Source: a virus
Lineage: Duplodnaviria; Caudoviricetes
Length of the DNA stretch: 64,000 nucleotides
Virus record (IMG/VR): IMGVR_UViG_3300023105_001451
Span: 1-64,000 of that record
Reading direction: 5' to 3' (one strand)
Each line of letters opens with the position of its first letter. Positions within the stretch are counted from its first letter, which is position 1. A program made the position numbers and the translations under genes. A model generated the notes under the pieces. It was not told where the DNA came from. It did not search any database and worked only from the letters and a program-made list of their open reading frames with translations. Of this stretch, positions 60,116 to 64,000 are shown piece after piece.

Positions 60116-60769
60116 ATGCTAGAGAGAACTGAATATACTGTAAAAGTTCCTAAAATTAACGAAGATTTTGAAAATTTTAAAACTACGTTAAATCAGCCAA
60201 CTGGAGATTTTTTCTACGATCCGTGGGAAATTAAACCAGAGTATAAAGGAACAGTTTGGGAAAAATTGCTTAAGAGCTTGCCTGAGCCTCACGGCGAAGC
60301 TCGTGTAATTGTAATGCAACCTGGTACTACTTATATGGCTCATGCTGATATTGATAATCGTTGGCATCTAAATTTACAAAGCGAACAGGCTTATCTAATT
60401 AATTTAGTTTCTCAAGATATGCATTTATTAGAAAAAGACGGATACTGGTATTATATGGATGCAGGAAATATACACACTGCGTCAAACTATGGTAGTATTC
60501 CTAGAATACAGTTAGTTGTAAGAGAACTATTAACAGCAACAGAAATAGAAGAACTTGCACAAGTTACAATTAAACCGGCAATGCCGCAATATGATTATAG
60601 ATATAAATTTGACAATATAATTAGCCCATGGCTTAATACTGCTAATAAAGATGGTGTTATAAAAGATTTTGAGGTTGACGGCGAAGTTGTTAAATTTAAA
60701 ATACCAATTACAGAATTAAGTTTAAAATTGCCAAAGGAGTTTCGCATTGAAGTGGAAACCATATCTTAA
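60116..60769 (+). CDS. 2OG-Fe(II) oxygenase (aspartyl/asparaginyl beta-hydroxylase-like)
   Basis: AHAD (HxD), RWHL, IHTASNYG..PRIQLVV (distal His and 2OG-binding Arg). Confidence 0.75.
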   Translation: MLERTEYTVKVPKINEDFENFKTTLNQPTGDFFYDPWEIKPEYKGTVWEKLLKSLPEPHGEARVIVMQPGTTYMAHADIDNRWHLNLQSEQAYLINLVSQDMHLLEKDGYWYYMDAGNIHTASNYGSIPRIQLVVRELLTATEIEELAQVTIKPAMPQYDYRYKFDNIISPWLNTANKDGVIKDFEVDGEVVKFKIPITELSLKLPKEFRIEVETIS

Positions 60770-61421
60770 ACTAAGCGAAGAAGGCAATCCGTGCATGGCT
60801 CAACAAACTTACGAGCCTTTAGTTAGTGAAGACGGAAAAACTTTCTGTAAAAATTATGCTTGGCCGAATGATTATCAATATATGGAAACAAAAGATCGTC
60901 CGTTATATACTGACGAAGTTGTTGAATGGTTTTGGTTTAATGAACTTACTTATTTAGAGGTCTTTAAAGATAAACCTTACGCACCTGAAGTTACTGATAT
61001 TGATTATGTTAACAGAAAAATATATCTTAAATGGAATGAGGCAAGTTGTAATCAAATAATTTATAGTGGGCTGCCTTGGCCGCAAAATGTTTGGCGTCAA
61101 CAAATTAAAGATATTATGCTTGACATTTACAATGAGGGCGTATATAAATTAACAATGTATCCTCACTGTCATTATATAAGCAGTGAAGGAAACATGCGAG
61201 CAATTGACTGGTACGGATGTGTACCTGTTGAAGAGCCTTACATCGAAGAAAAATATATGCAAGGCATAATTCATGAAACTGCTCAATTTCGTTTAGAAGA
61301 AACAGGTGCAGCGGTAGACAATGTTTTAAATTTAGAGACTATGTTTAAGAGAAGTTTAGGCACTCATGTAAAATGGGGAGACCAAGATATGAGCTACATA
61401 TACAAGGAAATTTTTAAATGA
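60747..61421 (+). CDS. Protein-kinase-like / phosphotransferase fold protein
   Basis: FCK lysine, NE..YL helix Glu, YAPEV, IDWYG (DFG-like); the catalytic loop is atypical (YKLTMYPH). Confidence 0.45.
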   Translation: MKWKPYLKLSEEGNPCMAQQTYEPLVSEDGKTFCKNYAWPNDYQYMETKDRPLYTDEVVEWFWFNELTYLEVFKDKPYAPEVTDIDYVNRKIYLKWNEASCNQIIYSGLPWPQNVWRQQIKDIMLDIYNEGVYKLTMYPHCHYISSEGNMRAIDWYGCVPVEEPYIEEKYMQGIIHETAQFRLEETGAAVDNVLNLETMFKRSLGTHVKWGDQDMSYIYKEIFK

Positions 61422-62275
61422 ATATTGTAGTGTTTGGACATAGTATTGGATTAGACGACGGAGTTCAAGAAGATCATTGGACTCGTTATTTAGAAAAAAG
61501 ACTTAGTACAAATGTAGTTAATAAATGTGTAGCACAATGTAGCGAAGAACGCATTTTGTTTAATTTGAAAAAAACAAAAAATATTGATTTGGCAATAATT
61601 ATTCATACTCCTCCTTGGGCAATATTTGTTCCAACATGGGACAGAGACATACAAAACGTAGACAAGGATAGTTTTAATAGTAAAGTTGATATTTTAAAAT
61701 TTTTAGATAGTGCAGGAATTACAGGTACTGAAGAAATAGATGAAGCTGTTGATTGGTATTCCGTAGTATCTAACGGAATGATACAAGAATTGTTTAAACG
61801 CTATGGTATTGAATTTGAAGAGATGACTCCTGGTATACAAGAGTTTTTAGATAATGGAAATACTACAATTATTAAACAAGAATTTTTAGAACTAGTTGAA
61901 AAGAGTAAAGGAGATGTAGAATACTATAATAGTTTATTTGATGCATTAACTTTATTTAGAAAACATTTATATCATCCGGATTTGGCAATGAATAGATATT
62001 ACGGAGCTCTAATACAAATTGATCAATATATAACAGCAATGAATATACCGTGTATTCATTTGCTAGATAATCCTGCTTGGTATCCTAAATGGTTTAAATT
62101 TACATCAGGTATTGTTGATACAGAATTACAAAAAACAAAACGAGAAACAGGACCTTATTATGTTGGGTATAATAAATCCTGTAATGCATTAAACAAGGAA
62201 GGTAACGAACTAATATATAATAAAATAGTTGAATTGGCTGCGGGGGCAGGATTCGAACCTGCATTCACGAGTTAA
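61418..62275 (+). CDS. SGNH/GDSL-like protein
   Basis: IVVFGHS (block I), W...L.......VN..V...S (block II); the block V His is not evident. The C-terminus runs into the antisense strand of the tRNA. Confidence 0.5.
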   Translation: MNIVVFGHSIGLDDGVQEDHWTRYLEKRLSTNVVNKCVAQCSEERILFNLKKTKNIDLAIIIHTPPWAIFVPTWDRDIQNVDKDSFNSKVDILKFLDSAGITGTEEIDEAVDWYSVVSNGMIQELFKRYGIEFEEMTPGIQEFLDNGNTTIIKQEFLELVEKSKGDVEYYNSLFDALTLFRKHLYHPDLAMNRYYGALIQIDQYITAMNIPCIHLLDNPAWYPKWFKFTSGIVDTELQKTKRETGPYYVGYNKSCNALNKEGNELIYNKIVELAAGAGFEPAFTS

Positions 62276-62311
62276 CCGCCCGCTGCTTTACCAACTGTTA
62301 GCTACCCCGAC
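62235..62311 (-). tRNA. tRNA-Asn(GTT)-like gene, non-canonical
   Basis: Minus strand: D arm GCT-AACAGTTGGTAA-AGC, anticodon arm GCGGG-CGGTTAA-CTCGT, T arm GCAGG-TTCGAAT-CCTGC, 3' CCCCGCA-G-CCA. Only 5 of 7 acceptor pairs form contiguously, and position 33 is G. Confidence 0.7.
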
Positions 62312-62349
62312 TTCCGGAATGGGTCATAAGACTCCGTAGACCGGCATAT

Positions 62350-62357
62350 TATTTATA
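62350..62357 (-). promoter_or_regulatory. T4-consensus late promoter TATAAATA for the tRNA-like RNA
   Basis: Plus-strand TATTTATA at 62350-62357 is TATAAATA on the minus strand, directly upstream of the hairpin and tRNA. Confidence 0.6.
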
Positions 62358-62370
62358 GAAGGAAAATGAA

Positions 62371-62946
62371 TTGGCAACGTATTTAGGAACAACAGACGGC
62401 ATCATTGACTGGGATCCTATTGTAGAGATTTGTAAGGATTGTACAACAGGAGACTACAATTCAGTTAAATCAGTTGTTGAACGATCTGAAGGCAATTGGC
62501 GTGATAATCCAGAGCTACTAGGAAGGTACCATGAGATTATTAATACCTGGGATGATGCTGGATATAACTTAGAAGAAATTGAATGGTGGGACTATTATCC
62601 CGGTGAACATTTTGATATAGAAATACAAAACAAATTTGCAAAAATAGTAAATGCAGAACCGTTAAGAGTTTTTGTAAGTGATGTACGTCCTGGAACAAAC
62701 GTACCATATCATTGGGACGTTGAAGACAATGAAGAAGAATGGTTAGCACAAGGAGAACTAAAACGCTGGGTTTGCTTTATGGATAAGCCTCGCTGGGGTA
62801 GTGTGTTAATATTAGAAGACAAAGCATTTCATAATGTGCCACAAGGTGAAATATGGGAATGGGATAATTACAGAAGTTATCACGCAGGAACAAGTTGCGG
62901 TATACATCATCAATATTTGTTTCATTTTTTAGGGAGACCCAAATAA
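62371..62946 (+). CDS. 2OG-Fe(II) oxygenase (cupin/DSBH fold)
   Basis: PG..VPYHWD (HxD), YHAGTSCG; TTG start with AAGGA RBS. Confidence 0.7.
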   Translation: MATYLGTTDGIIDWDPIVEICKDCTTGDYNSVKSVVERSEGNWRDNPELLGRYHEIINTWDDAGYNLEEIEWWDYYPGEHFDIEIQNKFAKIVNAEPLRVFVSDVRPGTNVPYHWDVEDNEEEWLAQGELKRWVCFMDKPRWGSVLILEDKAFHNVPQGEIWEWDNYRSYHAGTSCGIHHQYLFHFLGRPK

Positions 62947-63476
62947 TGGTAAGAAGCATTGGAGTATGTAACACAATCAACTGGGATGCAGTAATTAAAG
63001 ACTGCGAAAATTCAAATCCTGAGTATGTAGGACCTAGTCATAAGCGTGGAGATAATATACCTGGTTTAGATCCTATATTAGACATGTGGGAAGAAGCAGG
63101 ATATAAAACTGTACACGAAGGTGGAACTGCTGGATGGGATATGTTTATTCCAGGTAAACAATTTGACACAAGCATAGTAGATGCTTGGAACGAACACTAC
63201 AATTTAGACTGTAAAAATGTTTGGATAAGCAGAGTATGGCCCGGACGGTTTGCTCCTATACATTGGGACGTACACGATGACGAAGAAAACTTACCCGAAT
63301 GTGCAAGATATCACTCGCATATTGGTAAGCCTCAGTGGGGACATATTTTTATTGTAGACGATAAATGTTTGTATAATAGAACACAAGGTGAAACGTTTAG
63401 ATGGGAAAATAGAAAATTATGGCATGCAGGAACTAACTGTGGTACAACACCTAAATATATATGGAATGCTTGGTAA
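62946..63476 (+). CDS. 2OG-Fe(II) oxygenase, paralog of the preceding gene
   Basis: PGRFAPIHWD, WHAGTNCG. The likely start is ATG 62946 (TAATG overlap, GGAG RBS); the ORF track starts it at 62895. Confidence 0.7.
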   Translation: MVRSIGVCNTINWDAVIKDCENSNPEYVGPSHKRGDNIPGLDPILDMWEEAGYKTVHEGGTAGWDMFIPGKQFDTSIVDAWNEHYNLDCKNVWISRVWPGRFAPIHWDVHDDEENLPECARYHSHIGKPQWGHIFIVDDKCLYNRTQGETFRWENRKLWHAGTNCGTTPKYIWNAW

Positions 63477-63485
63477 GGAGAAAAG

Positions 63486-64000
63486 ATGGAAAAAGTATTA
63501 TCAGAGATGCCTAGAATATCAGTTTTTACTGATGTACTTACAGATGAAGAATCAGATTACTATGTAAAAAAATACAGTGAACTAGGAATGAATCCTGATG
63601 CAGGATTAGAATCACGAGAGCAAACAAATGGGCAAATCACAGAAGAAGTAGAACAGCGTAGTATTAGCTGGGATACTGATAACGAAGATAGAGAGTTTTT
63701 TAAAAAACGTCTTGCAGAAACAGTTGGATTTCCGATTGAACATATAGAAGCAGGCGATATTTATAGATATCAACCTGGACAGTATTTTGGTCTGCATCAC
63801 GACTTTCCTTACACTCCAGAAGAAATTGCATATTATGAAAAAGGTGGTGACAGAAAAGCAACAGGTATTTTTTGGTTAACAGGTGACTTCGAAGGCGGTA
63901 CTTGTGATTTTCCTGAACTAGATGTATCAGTAAAGCCTGTAAAAAATGGTATGTTTTATTTTGAATATGACTACGAAGATGAAGCAATTAATCAGTCAAC
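63486..64000 (+). CDS. Prolyl 4-hydroxylase-like 2OG-Fe(II) oxygenase (3' truncated by the window edge)
   Basis: Not in the ORF track; translated by hand from ATG 63486 (AAGGAG RBS): PRISVFTDVLTDEE...YRYQPGQYFGLHHD...GDRKAT...FEGGTCDFPELDVSVKP, open to the window end. Confidence 0.8.
   Translation, partial: MEKVLSEMPRISVFTDVLTDEESDYYVKKYSELGMNPDAGLESREQTNGQITEEVEQRSISWDTDNEDREFFKKRLAETVGFPIEHIEAGDIYRYQPGQYFGLHHDFPYTPEEIAYYEKGGDRKATGIFWLTGDFEGGTCDFPELDVSVKPVKNGMFYFEYDYEDEAINQS

Noticed and set aside
62310-62346. Theta (HDV-like) or hammerhead ribozyme next to the tRNA
   Set aside because: Theta ribozymes lie 3' of tRNAs whereas this hairpin is 5'; no hammerhead CUGANGA/GAAA core is present.
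452-63987. The many 60-135 aa alternative-frame and antisense ORFs in the ORF track
   Set aside because: They lie inside longer, motif-supported genes and have no recognisable motifs; treated as shadow ORFs.
1-64000. Stop-codon reassignment or selenocysteine read-through
   Set aside because: Code 11 gives intact, dense genes including a 16-kb ORF; TAG and TGA act as ordinary stops, often overlapping the next start.
1-64000. CRISPR array, IS/transposase, integrase, reverse transcriptase/DGR, intein or group I/II intron
   Set aside because: No repeat-spacer pattern, diagnostic motifs or interrupted core genes noticed by eye.

Overview
A 64-kb, AT-rich, gene-dense segment of a large T4-like (Tevenvirinae/Kyanoviridae-style) myophage genome read in standard genetic code 11. 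The host cannot be identified from this window. Layout from left to right: (i) 1-4430, minus strand: a possible structured RNA, a GIY-YIG nuclease, a small basic protein, the gp46/gp47 (Rad50/Mre11-type) nuclease and the gp55 late sigma factor. (ii) 4508-37963, plus strand: baseplate and tail module (tube-initiator-like protein, gp53, hub, gp5/VgrG-like spike, gp25, gp6, a 5333-aa multidomain baseplate/adhesin protein, three paralogous tail fibres and two paralogous virion proteins), preceded by TAAATA late-promoter motifs. (iii) 38024-64000: a ~26-kb enzyme island whose first two blocks start at consensus sigma70 promoters. It holds ten radical SAM enzymes (six with an N-terminal twitch/SPASM-like Cys domain, four with a C-terminal one), four clear and one possible glycosyltransferases, a GNAT-fold protein, a methyltransferase, a QueC-like PP-loop ATPase, a kinase-like protein, an SGNH-like protein and four 2OG-Fe(II) oxygenases. 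This island is the main candidate for an uncharacterised phage biosynthetic or modification system. It also contains an aberrant tRNA-Asn(GTT)-like gene whose acceptor stem appears interrupted by a 35-nt hairpin. All product calls come from motif recognition by eye; no searches were run.
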